Source: Chiloscyllium plagiosum
Taxonomy: Eukaryota
Assembly (NCBI RefSeq): GCF_004010195.1
Contig: NC_057719.1
Span: forward strand, 30,563,054 to 30,620,528
Reading direction: 5' to 3'
DNA length: 57,475 nt
Shown here: piece after piece, positions 1 through 11,900 of the stretch
How positions within the stretch are numbered: position 1 is the first letter of the stretch
Layout: every line of letters starts with the position of its first letter
Notes under the pieces: model-generated
The model's input: the letters and a program-made list of their open reading frames with translations, nothing else
Told to the model about the DNA's origin: nothing
The model's database searches: none
Made by a program: the position numbers and the translations under genes

Positions 1-934
1 CTCTCTCGCACAAGCGCACAGAAAAGTATGCACATGATCAACTTTCTTCTGTCACAACTCATTGGTTTAGTGTGCTGAAAATCAAGTCACACCACTTCCA
101 GAGCCATCAGCAATCTGAAAAGATTTATTCAAAATATCCAAAGACGCCATTTACCTGACTGACAAACTCGGTTAAAAGTAAATACTCATCAGGTTTTTGT
201 ATTTGACCACAAAGTAACTATTTGTTAAGTAAAGGTAAATTTACTGTAGTTCTACAGACCATAGGCTGCTGTCTCATTAGAAAGATGACCGGAAGTGGTT
301 TAATCTGAGGGTCACCTTGCTCAGGCTAGGGTAGAGACTGAGAAAGAAGGTCCTTCATGGTAACCTCAGCCGGTTTGGAAAATGAACCCATGCTGTTGGT
401 CTCACTTTGCATTGCAAACCAGCTATCCTGCCAATTGAGCTAACAAACATCCCCACTTATTATGAACAAATTGTCTTTACCCAATGGCAGAAAAGAAATA
501 CAAATTGCGAATTTATAATTCTACAGCTTAAACTTTACCTCTTCTTAAATTCTCCCTTTACAAACTGACACACACAAAGAAAGCCAAGGACATTAAGACC
601 ATAAGAATAAGGAACAGGGGTAGCTATTCAATACGATCATGGCTGATCCGCCCAAGGCCTCAACTTCTCAATTTTGCCAGCTCTTCAAAGATCTCAATTC
701 CCCAATATTTAAAAAAATTTATCTACCTCCTCTAAATACTTTCAGTGATCCAACCTCAACTACTCTCTGGGGTAGACAATACCAGACATTCACGACCATC
801 TAGGAGAAGAAATTCCTTTGCATCTTAGTTACAGAATAAAGGGACACTTATGTAAAACTATGTTTCTTAATTTGAGATTCCCCCATGAATTGAAACGTGT
901 CAACATTTATCCTGTTAATCTCCCTGGATTGGGC

Positions 935-1111
935 AAGGTCAAAAATGACACGACACCAGGTTACAGTCCAACAGGTTTATTTGAAAACACAAGCTTTGGG
1001 AACTTCGCTCTTTCTTTAGGTGCGAGTCTGAAGAAGGAGCAAAGCTCCAAACCTTGTGTTTTCAAATAAATCTGTTGGACTATAAACTGGCATCGTGTGA
1101 TTTTTAACCTT
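935..1111. repeat. Palindromic Penelope-derived terminal-repeat element
   Basis: Imperfect ~80-bp inverted arms; decayed hammerhead CTGAAGAAGGAGCAAAGCTCCAAA. Confidence 0.7.
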
Positions 1112-1980
1112 TCAACAAGGGAATTTATAAAGAAATAGGCAACAGTTGAATGTTACTGGAGACTTTTTTTATACTTCCACTGAGGAAACAGACACACAAA
1201 GAGAGCTTTCTCTTTGCAGGCAAGGTATTTCTGCTGCACTGGCCTCACACATGCCATGGTTACCTGGGGAGATGCCAATCAAAATGTTGTTGTCAAGCAA
1301 TTGTTTCCTAGTTCAGAATCGATTGGCTCTGTTTTGTTTGCATTTGCTCTCTCAGTTCCAGAAAGAAGCAACATTATATACAGCTCACCATGTGCTCCAA
1401 GAAACATGACTTTTAAAACTAAAGCCATCTTTTTGTACAGTTTCCTTGGTTTAAAGCAGCATCTCCATTTTCTAGTCCATAGTCCAAAAATGAAGAGAAG
1501 AAAAATATTTAATCTTTATATTTTCTTTCAGGGCTAGTTAGCATCAGGACCAAACTGTAGAGGTCAGGCACACTACACTTTCATTGAAGAAGTATGATCA
1601 GAAGGGAAGTGGAAAACCCAGAGGCTAAGGCAGAACTAGAGTAATCAAGATACATGGTTCCTTCAGGTTTCTTACAGATGCACAATTATTTCTGATTCTA
1701 ATCCACAAAGCTACATTTGTTCCCATGCTTCACATGCTCTCACGAGTTATGGCCTCCTATAGGTTTCAACCTTCAACTTCTAGCTTTATCATTATAAGCT
1801 CTCAGGAACAAAAAAATCCACTACACATACTTGGAATAAGAGCAAAATAAGCAACAGCCACCTTGTGCTCCCCAATTCGGAGAGTGAGGACAGCAAAAAT
1901 AATGGATTGTATAAGTAGCAACCAATTTAGAAACTGGGACAATGCATAACTTACCAGCTAGATCAGAAAGAGTTTACAAT

Positions 1981-2278
1981 GGCGGCATGGTGGCTCAGTG
2001 GTTAGCACTGCTGCCTCACAGCACCAGGGACCCAGGTTCGATTCCAGCCTCAGGCAGACTGTCTATGTGGAGTTCACACATTCGCCCAGTGTCTGCATGG
2101 GTTTCCTCCGGATGCTCTGGTTTCCTCCCACAGGTCAGGTAGATCGGCCATGCTAAATTGCCCAGAGTGTTAGGTGCGTTAGTCAGAGGGAAATGGGTCT
2201 GGGTGGGTTACTCTTCGGATGGTCAGTGTGGACTTGTCGGGCTGAAGGGCCTGTTTCCACACTGTAGGGAATCTAATC
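1981..2278 (+). mobile_element. tRNA-derived V-SINE (HE1-like)
   Basis: A box TGGCTCAGTGG, B box GGTTCGATTCC, V-domain GGGTTTCCTCCGG..GCTC.GGTTTCCTCCCACA, LINE-like tail. Confidence 0.9.
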
Positions 2279-5220
2279 ATGGGTTCAAGTGGGCAGCAAC
2301 CACACCATGGCAGGAGTACCATTGACTTAGTTCAGATCATTGCTGAGGACTAAGTTCGTTTTGTAAAGGAGTCAGACCAGGCCCTCACAGACTGAGATCC
2401 AAAGAAGCCTGAAAAGTGGGAGAAGCCGATAACAATGCTTGGTGCACTGGAGGGTCTGTCTGAAAAGTACAGGTCACATTAAGGGTTTAGAAGAATCTGT
2501 ATCCATTTTGGTCTTTACTTTTGTGTACAGCTTGGGACTCATTGCCTTTGACATGAAGAAGTTGGCAATCTGTATCTGATGACGGAGGTCACAATTTCTA
2601 ATAACGTCATTGCAACTTGCACAGAAAATAAAGTGCTGTAATCCAAATGGTAACCTGCAGGAAAAGACTTACACAATACCATTTTTTTTTGTAACTGGCC
2701 AAGAAGTTAAAAAAGGCTGCTAAAGTCACCTGACTTTTACCAATGCCAACTTTATAAGTTGCAGAGAGACATATCCAGACATATAAATAAAACTCTTGAA
2801 CATGACTTAATGAAATTCATTAATGACTTATTATGAGAATTTAAATTGTGCATTGACAAGAACAAATGCTACAAATCCCAGGTGGGAAATGAACTGTCTC
2901 CAAGATGCTAATGACATATGGAAAATGACTTAAGTTTTAACAACATAATGTCAGCTAAGAATGATTTAATGATTTCTAGATAAAAAGAGACTCCATCCTC
3001 AACCAATCTGGAATAACAAACACCTTTTCAGGTGGAGAGAAGATGAGAAAGAGAGAGAAAAAGTGTGACATCTTAAAATAGCGAGTGGTCCGCTGTAAAG
3101 CAATCGGGCAGTTAACAGAGTTACCCCTGCAGAACCTGAAGCTTCTCTCCCAAAATCTGCAGTTCTAAGAAACCGATCTGTACAAAAACATTCATAATCT
3201 CAATACAAAAGCCATGCCAGCTGCTAGATCTGATTTCCCACTTTAGAATCTCAGCAGTTATCACCCCCCCCACCACCACCACCCAACTCCCGCCCAATGC
3301 ACCATGCACATCATATCATGGCTCAAAATGTAAGGGACAAATGAGTGTCTCATTAAAATCAACTCCATGGATACCAGGCATTCAGCATTAGAATTAGGTT
3401 TATTGTCACACGCACTCACATGAGGACAATGAAAAGTTTACAAAGTTGCCACTTTTGGCAGCATCTTAGGGACAAAAGGTATCTCGGTACAAAACCTTAG
3501 GAATTCTTGATGATCTACAAGTGTTTGCACAAATGCGGCTTCTTGACGGGATAGATTGTTTTCCTCCAAGTTTAAACGAGAACTCATATAGGGCCATGAG
3601 CAAATTGCTCCCTGAGCATTGAAAATCCCACAATTCTGAAAAATCCCAATGCTCTCTGCCTCTTGTCTTCTCTGGAGATTCTGGTTTGAGATTCCTCAGA
3701 GGGTCAGAAATGCAGGTGCTCAGAGAATCATGACAATAGTATATATGATCCATGGTAATTTCTAGTAATTGGCTCCAGTCAGGGATGGCATGGTGTTGTG
3801 ACATCAGGGCCAAATAACTGAGCCTGAAGATCGAAGGGGCCCACTCTTCTTGGGTTGGGTATCCGAGCTTCTGCAATTGGGTTGGGGATCGGGTCAGGAG
3901 CTGCACGGTGATTTCTGTGCATTAAATATGGGCAAAACCATTATTGCACTCAAGACTTCACTTTGGCCACTTCAGAGGCTTTTTATGCATCTAAAATATC
4001 TGGGCAAAACTGATATCAAAATATCATACTAGTGGTATTGAGATTAGGTGTATTTTGTGGCCAGGTAATAGAAAGTCTGGGTGCACAAAGAAGAAAAAAG
4101 TACCAATTTCCAGAACTAATTTCTGCTCATCTCGGTGAACAAAAATGTCACCCAAATTACAGTTTCCAACGAACCATGTCCACGTCCTTTGTGCATTTCA
4201 GTAGAAATAATCACTTCACAATTTGGAAAGTATCAGCAGGACAGCATGAGTTGGCTAGAGCTCTTTCTTGAGAAAAGACCAAACCAAATGATGCCCTGAT
4301 AGAAATGTTCTAAAATTACAGAAGAATATGATGTTTCCCCTTGTCAGTGAGACATCTCATTGCCATACGGATTGGACAAAGTAAATAACACAGACATATT
4401 TAAGACAAAGTTGGAATTAGCATATTAGGGAAAAAGGAATAGAAGGATTTGATAATGTGGTTAGAAGAAGAAATGTGGAATGATATTGTTCTGGAGCATA
4501 AGCAAAGGCATGGATCTATTAGGCCAATTGACCTTGCTGCAATAATTTGTAAAAAAAGGAGTAATTTAAGCTGAAATATAATTCTAATCAACCCAATACA
4601 TAATTCAATTAAAATCAAAAAAATAAGAAAATTCTTTAGAACTAAAACTTCAGTAACTAGATGTGCACAATATGATTCCTAAATACAGTAAGACCATTTT
4701 TTAAAATGTTTGTGCTAACTTGAATACAAAGATATTGAGTACTGAATTTAAATATTTCTGGAGTTAATCAATCAAAGTATTGTTATAAATAAAATCGGCA
4801 TGAATTTATAATCTTTCTCTCAGTCCTTCATAGCTGTAAAATTGCATTTGAATTTATACTGAGGGGTATGACTTTTCACACACTCAGATGAACAACCATG
4901 GCCTGGAGTTTCTGAAGCCAGAGTCCTTTTTGCAGAGTAGATGGGAGTTTCACACTGGGACCCTGCAGAAACTTCAGCATAGCAGACTCCAAGGGAGCAA
5001 CCCAGGAAATTGAAGATACCACTGGGCAATTTCCCGATGCCTAAAACCCTCCAAAACGGAGTCTGAGAATCTAAATCAGAGAGGTTGAAGGGTTCCCCTG
5101 CAGTTACGTAAATTTACTTAGGAAGTTAGACTATTAATAACTTAATAAAACTTTGTGAGAAGATTTGTAGCTCGGGTGTTCGTTGTTGTGGTTCTGTTCG
5201 ACGAGCTGGGAATTTGTGTT

Positions 5221-5260
5221 GCAGACGTTTCGTCCCCTGTCTAGGTGACATCCTCAGTGC
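5221..5260 (-). ncRNA. Minimal type I hammerhead ribozyme motif
   Basis: gca CUGAGGA u GUCaCCU agac AGGgGAC GAAA CGUC ugc: intact core boxes, stem II, 3-bp stem I, palindromic ACGU stem III, GUC cleavage triplet. Confidence 0.8.
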
Positions 5261-5865
5261 TTGGGAGCCTCCTATGAAGCACTTCTGTGTTGTTTCCTCT
5301 GGCATTTATAGTGGTTTGATCTTTGCATTACAGCTTCTGCTATGAGTCCAGAGATGGGTGAGCCCATGGTATGCCGTTGATTTGTTCATATATTTGGTTG
5401 TTGAATGTGAAGTGTGTTGTGAGGCACAGGTCCAGTAGTTTGAGTATGCAGTCTTTGTTGATAGGTTCCCTGTCTTGTTGTCTGTTCTGTATGTCCAGCA
5501 GGTTGGCTATTGTTTCTCTGGCTAGGGTTTTGTCGATAGAGGTGAACAGTGCCGTTACATCGAATGAGGCCATAGTTTCTTCCTTGTCTATGTGTATATT
5601 TCTGATGGTGTCCAAGAATTCCTGTGTTGACTGTATAGAGTGTCTGGATCCGCTGATCAGGTGTTTCAGTTTCTGTTGTAGTTCTTTAGCCAGTTTGTGT
5701 GATGGTGTCTCTGGTAGAGATACGATGGGTCTGAGTGGGATGTCTGGTTTGTGCACTTTAGGTAGTCCATAGAATCTGGGGGTGGTGTTACTTTCAGGAT
5801 TCATTCTCTGTAGGTCAAACCTGGTTATCTGTCCATTTTTTTGCAGGTTCCTCAGTGTGTTGTTT

Positions 5866-6444
5866 NNNNNNNNNNNNNNNNNNNNNNNNNNNNNNNNNNN
5901 NNNNNNNNNNNNNNNNNNNNNNNNNNNNNNNNNNNNNNNNNNNNNNNNNNNNNNNNNNNNNNNNNNNNNNNNNNNNNNNNNNNNNNNNNNNNNNNNNNNN
6001 NNNNNNNNNNNNNNNNNNNNNNNNNNNNNNNNNNNNNNNNNNNNNNNNNNNNNNNNNNNNNNNNNNNNNNNNNNNNNNNNNNNNNNNNNNNNNNNNNNNN
6101 NNNNNNNNNNNNNNNNNNNNNNNNNNNNNNNNNNNNNNNNNNNNNNNNNNNNNNNNNNNNNNNNNNNNNNNNNNNNNNNNNNNNNNNNNNNNNNNNNNNN
6201 NNNNNNNNNNNNNNNNNNNNNNNNNNNNNNNNNNNNNNNNNNNNNNNNNNNNNNNNNNNNNNNNNNNNNNNNNNNNNNNNNNNNNNNNNNNNNNNNNNNN
6301 NNNNNNNNNNNNNNNNNNNNNNNNNNNNNNNNNNNNNNNNNNNNNNNNNNNNNNNNNNNNNNNNNNNNNNNNNNNNNNNNNNNNNNNNNNNNNNNNNNNN
6401 NNNNNNNNNNNNNNNNNNNNNNNNNNNNNNNNNNNNNNNNNNNN
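5866..6444. other. Assembly gap
   Basis: Run of N. Confidence 1.
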
Positions 6445-6460
6445 CACAGGAGGCTCCAAA

Positions 6461-6500
6461 GCACTGAGGATGTCACCTAGACAGAGGACGAAATGTCTGC
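6461..6500 (+). ncRNA. Minimal type I hammerhead ribozyme motif (inverted copy)
   Basis: gca CUGAGGA uGUCaCCUagacAGaGGAC GAAA UGUC ugc; core intact, CpG-type change in stem III. Confidence 0.7.
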
Positions 6501-6821
6501 AACACAAATTCCCAGCTCGGCGAACAGAACCACAACAACTTAATCAAGCTTCTCAGTATCTATTCAATGGGTCCCATAATGTACTTTACACATCCTGATT
6601 ACACTTCTTAAACACTCCTTACCCCCCCCGACACACACACCCACCCCAGCAAACAGTGGCCCAACACCTCTTCCTTTAGCTCCAGGACCTGACAATCACT
6701 GCTACTGGATTCGATACCATCCCCCCCCCACCAATCAATATCCTGTACACACCCCTTTCCCACCAGTCAACCCAAACCAGCTCCCAAACATAGCATTCCC
6801 CCACCCCCCAAAACTACAGGT

Positions 6822-7170
6822 AGAGTCATAGAGACATAGAGAGGTACAACATGCAAACAGACCCTTTGGTCCAACCCATCCATGCCGACCAGATATCCCA
6901 ACCCAATTTAGTCCCACCTGCCGGCACCTGGCCCATATCCCTCCAAACCCTTCCTATTCATATACCCATCCAAATGCCTCTTAAATGTTGTAATTGTACC
7001 AGCCTCCACCACATCCTCTGGCAGTTCATTCCATACACGTATCACCCTCTGCGTGAAAAAGTTGCACTACAGGTCTCTTTTATATCTTTCCCCTCTCACC
7101 CTAAACCTATGCCCTCTAGTTCTGGACTCCCCGACCCCAGGAAAAAGACCTTGCCTATTTACCCTATCCA
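6822..7170 (-). mobile_element. CR1/HER1 3' fragment
   Basis: Tail family also seen at 7735-8137, 14068-14460, 22670-22912 and 33440-34008. Confidence 0.85.
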
Positions 7171-7734
7171 TGCCAGTACTAACTACCCTTTCCCCTCAGT
7201 CCTTCCAGTACCCCTTCCAGAACCTGAACCTCATGTCCTCCATTGTTGATGGACCTGCAAATCCCCACCCACCTCAATCCAATCTGCGCTCTGATCATGA
7301 CACTGGATCTGACCCTGCCTTTCCCCTGCACACAGACCCAATACCACCCCTTCTCCCGTAACCCAACCCAATAGTATCCCCGTTATCCTGGGACCCCGCT
7401 GTCCAGAATCCAACATTCTCAGCCACTCTTGCCTGACTCAATTTCTCCTATTCACCATGACCTAACCTAAAACTTCAATTGCATGCTAATGAACTGGCAT
7501 CCCACTTGCACATACCTGGCATCATAACTACCTGGCACTCTATCCTCACACTTATCTTATGTACTAACTTTTTCAAAAGAGCTGTCAAAGTAGTTGTCTG
7601 TGACGCTGGACCTCTAAATCATAGATTACAGCAATTGATTGCATGAAAAAGGGAGCTTTGCTTGTCTTTGCATGACTGTGCTTCACAATAAAGGATCTAC
7701 CAGAATGAAAGTATGGCTCTGCATTCCTTAAGGG

Positions 7735-8137
7735 ACTTTTTTCGCTGGAGTATAGGAGGCTGAGGAATGACCTTACAGAGATTTATAAAACCATGACAGG
7801 CATACATTGGGTGAATAATCAAGGTCTTTTCTCCAGGGTAGGGAAGTCCAAAACGAGACGGCATAGGTTTAAAGTGAGAGGGGAAAGATTTAAAAGGGAC
7901 CTGAGGGGCAATGTTTTCACACAGAAATTGGTACATATATGGAACGAACTACCAGAGGAAGTGGTCAAGGAGAGTACAATTACAACATTTAAAAATTATT
8001 TGGACAGGTACATGAATAGGAAAGATTTAGAGGGATATGGGGCAAATGCAGACAAATGAGATTAGTTCAGTCTGAGAAACCTGGTCAGAATGGACAAGTT
8101 GGACCGAAGAGTCTGTTTCTGTGCTGTATGACTCTAT
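7735..8137 (+). mobile_element. CR1/HER1 3' fragment
   Basis: [19 protein letters not shown]...WNELPEEVV. Confidence 0.85.
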
Positions 8138-8456
8138 ATGCCCTGACTAGAATCTCCTGTCAGAAATGAGAGACTCTTTTGTTTAATTAGAAAGGAGCAG
8201 AGTGGCAATATGCATCTGACTGCCACTCCTTGGAAAATCCAGCCCTATATCTCAATGGAGAGCAGACTGTCGATTTTTGTTTGTTCTATTTAAAGATGTA
8301 CTTTAGCTGAAAGTACTTCTCTCAAGAGAAGTCACCTCATTTATATCAGTATATTACAAATATAACTAAAATTTGGGCAGAGAAAGTCATTGATATTCTA
8401 CATAGCAATAATTCTGGAAACACAAAGCAAAAATACATTCTTGCAACTCAAAGTAC

Positions 8457-8929
8457 CTGGTGAAATCAGTCTGTGTTTCCTGTGTCATGTGTTTCTTTTT
8501 TGAAAGTCTTTTCTTCTTCACAGGAGTATAATAATTGTAATGGATCAAGGAAGACTGTGCTTCTTTCTTTAGAATGCGAGGAGTGAATTGTTGCCCACCT
8601 GTAAAACAATGAGCATGTTTCTCCAAAATATCACCACTATATGTCTTCTGACGTGCATCCTGAAATAATTTGTAACAGTGTTGGCTATTTGCAAAGCTAG
8701 ATGATGAACTGTAGAAAGATCTATAACATTGCCTGGGAGATATAGAAATCCTGGAGCTCAGATCTGAGTAGCAGCGACTGAAGTTTTTCTGAGTTGTTTC
8801 GTTATTAATGTCGGCAGCAGAAGTCAACACTGAAAAATTCCCTTTGGGAGTGATAAACGTTTGCTCAGGAGTCATGGATCCATTTGCTAGCTGTCTGGGT
8901 TCCTTACTGTGTTGTAGCATAGAAGGATT
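8457..8929 (-). CDS. SPATA7: SPATA7 large internal exon, 473 bp
   Basis: Largely overlaps ORF 8387..8920; acceptor ttttcatttttggttaacag, donor AG|gtactt; motifs [27 protein letters not shown]. Confidence 0.92.
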
Positions 8930-11900
8930 CTGTTAACCAAAAATGAAAATGCAGTAAGTATGTAAAAATGTTATTTTTAAAGCATTGGAACAAGTCATCG
9001 TACCAGAAACTATGTACAAATTCCTGATAAGGAGACACTGAAGAATAACGCTTTCTCATATACAGTTTTCCCTTAGAAGATGCATTCAGGAGAGATCACA
9101 CATGAATGAGAGCATCTAAAAACCATTCATTCAAAAAGACAACATGCCAATAAAAGTTTACTGATGGGACAGGATTGCAGGATAATGTTTTCAGATGCCT
9201 GCACCACAAACATGAATTGAAGACTAAAGCTTCCAAAAATGACAAAGGAAATCAACCAGTTACACTTGGATAGTAATTACTTAAGTAACTAGTTCATTAG
9301 GCACTAGCACTCATGAGACACCGAACAGATTTAACCAGAGAGCACCATGGGTATGTAAAACTTAATATCCACTGACAATGATTGAAAACCTTACCAAGAA
9401 AAATCTTTAATTGGAAAATAATGCTTAATTAATGCCAAATGATTTAAATGTTGTGTAGCTCAATAGTTTGAAATTAAACAAGGCCAACCTGTACTATGTG
9501 GTGATAAGAGGTGGAGACAACACTGATATCCTAAATTTAAAGGAAAATTTCACTACTTATCAATTTTTTTTTTAGCAGGTATAAGAATTAGCATCATAGT
9601 TAACTCAAACATAAGGATTGTGACCCATTACTCTGGCAACAGTAAAGGTCAACATTCCTTTATGTGAGCATTGAGCTAGTACTAACATCTTAAGGACTTA
9701 GAACATTTAAATACCTCTTCAGCACTAGGTAACTTCAAAGAGCACAGTTTTCGCTAGTTACCTGATGTCCAGTCAAAAGTGCTCAAGACAAAAATGCAGT
9801 ACTTTCAAAATAGTGTCAGAGGAATGAGGATTACCTTCCAGTAGTTTCAATATCAATTTTAACATTCTCAATGTCTGTAAACAAATTACTTATTGCTGAA
9901 GTTGTGGCAGGAAGAAATAGATACAGCAAACTTTGTTCTAACTGCCATGTTATCAAACAGCACTCTTAAAAAAAATCAGCAAACATTATATACATTAAAT
10001 ACTGTGACCTACCATAATGTCTGAATATTTATGCTGTAAATAAAATATAACAGTGATGTATATACTCGCTGAGTTACATTTCTATTACATTCTATGTGAT
10101 TTTACATCAATTTTAGGAGATATGTTGATGTTTTTAATTACATCTTTTGAGGGATCTTGATGTCTTGAAACTTCACTTGGTCAGGGTTTACTGCGAGAAA
10201 GTGAGGACTGCAGATGCTGGAGACCAGAGTTGAAAAGTGTGGTGCTGGAAAAGCGTAGCAGGCCAGGGGGAAATGAGGAAGCTGGAGAAATCTACATTCA
10301 TTCCATGTGGTTGGAGGGTTTCTAGGAGGAAGATAAGGCGCTCTTCCTCCAGGCGTTGTGTGGCCAGGATCTGGCGATGGAGGAGGCCAAGGATCTGCAT
10401 GTCCTTGGCGGAGTGGGAAGGAGAGTTAAAGTGTTCAGCCACGGGGCGGTTGGGTTGGTTGATGCGGGTGTCCCAGAGGTGTTCCTGTCTCCCCAATGTA
10501 GAGGAGATCACCGGGTGCAGCGGATAAAGTAAATGACGTGTGTGGAGGTGCAGGTGAATTTACGACAGATATGGAAGGATCCATTGGGGCCTTGGAGGGA
10601 GGTGAAGGGGGAGGTGTGGGCGCTTCTTGCGGTTGCAGGGGAAGGTGCCGGGAGTGGAGGTTGGGTTGGTGGGTTTACTGCAGTCAAGAGTGTGGTGCTG
10701 GAAAAGCACAGCAGGTCAGGCAGCATCTGAGGAGCAGGAGAGTCGACATTTTGGGCAAAAGCCCCTCATCGAGAATGAGGCTGTGAGCCAAGGGGGTGGT
10801 GGGATAAATGGGAAGAGGGTGGGGCTGGGGGTTAGGTAGCTGAGAGTGCGATAGGTAGATGGAGGTGGGGTAATGGTGATAGGTCAGAGGGAAGGGTCGA
10901 GCTGATAGATGGGAAGGAAGATGGGCAGGTAGAACAGGTCATGAGGGCGGTGCCGAGTTGGAAGGTTGCATCAATACCCCTCATGATTTTATAAACTTCT
11001 CTAAGGTCACTTCTCAGCCTCTGACACTCAAGGGAAAATAGCCCCAGCCTATTCAGCCTTTCACTGTAGCTCAAACCCTACAACCCCGGCAACATCCTTG
11101 TAAATCTTACCTGCAACCTTTTAGGTTTAACAAATAAATTTTTTAGGAATCTATGAGATCACCCTGTTATTCTTCTAAACTCCAATGAATATTGTCCTAA
11201 CCGATCCTGTTCCTCTTCATACATCAGCCCTGCCATCTCACGAATGAATCTGACAAACCTTTCTTATACTCTGTCCACAGCCAGAAGATCTTTCCTCTGA
11301 TAAGGTGACCAAATCTGCGCACAATACTCCAGCTGTGGTTTCACCAAGGTACTATACAGTTGTAGCAAGATGTCTCTGCTCCTGTACTTGAATCCTTCAT
11401 TATGAAAGCCAACATACTGTTTGCCTCCTTCACTACCTGCTGCACCTGCATGTTTACTTTCAATGACTGGCGTTCAAAAACACACAGGTCTTGTTACACC
11501 ACCCTTTTCCCTAGTCTATCATCATTCAGATAATTTGATTTCCTACTTTTCTACCAAAGTGTATAGCCTTATATTTATCCACATTATACTTCTTCTGACA
11601 TTCATTTGCCCACTCATCCCTATTGTCCAAATCACATGGAACCCTCTCTGCATCCTCCTCACAGTGCACCCTCACCCCCAGCTTTGTCATCTGCAAACTT
11701 GGTGATATTACAAAGGCCAGCCATTGAGGGTTGTAATCAAATGGAGGATGGTGTTCATGCTCAGTAAATTGCCTCCGAGGAAAATGAGATGCTGTTTGTC
11801 CAGCTTGCCTTGTGCTTCACTGGAATATTTGCATGAGGGCAAGATGGTGCATTGAAATGGCAACAACTGAAAGGTCAGGGTTATTCTTACTGACAAAGAG

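Larger units (their letters stand above)
5150..6540 (-). mobile_element. Penelope-like element (Poseidon-type), RT fragment with inverted terminal repeats; spans a gap
   Basis: PRFYGLPKVHKPDIPLRPIVS, SFDVTALFTSI, FTFNNQIYEQING; 5182-5276 is an inverted copy of 6445-6539. Confidence 0.9.

Noticed and set aside
1981..2050. tRNA gene
   Set aside because: The A/B boxes are the head of a V-SINE, followed by the SINE body.
3466..3906. 146-aa ORF
   Set aside because: No recognisable motif or splice context; likely a chance ORF.
5340..6598. Long ORFs of 208-378 aa
   Set aside because: Artefacts of translating through the N gap; only the Penelope RT part is real.
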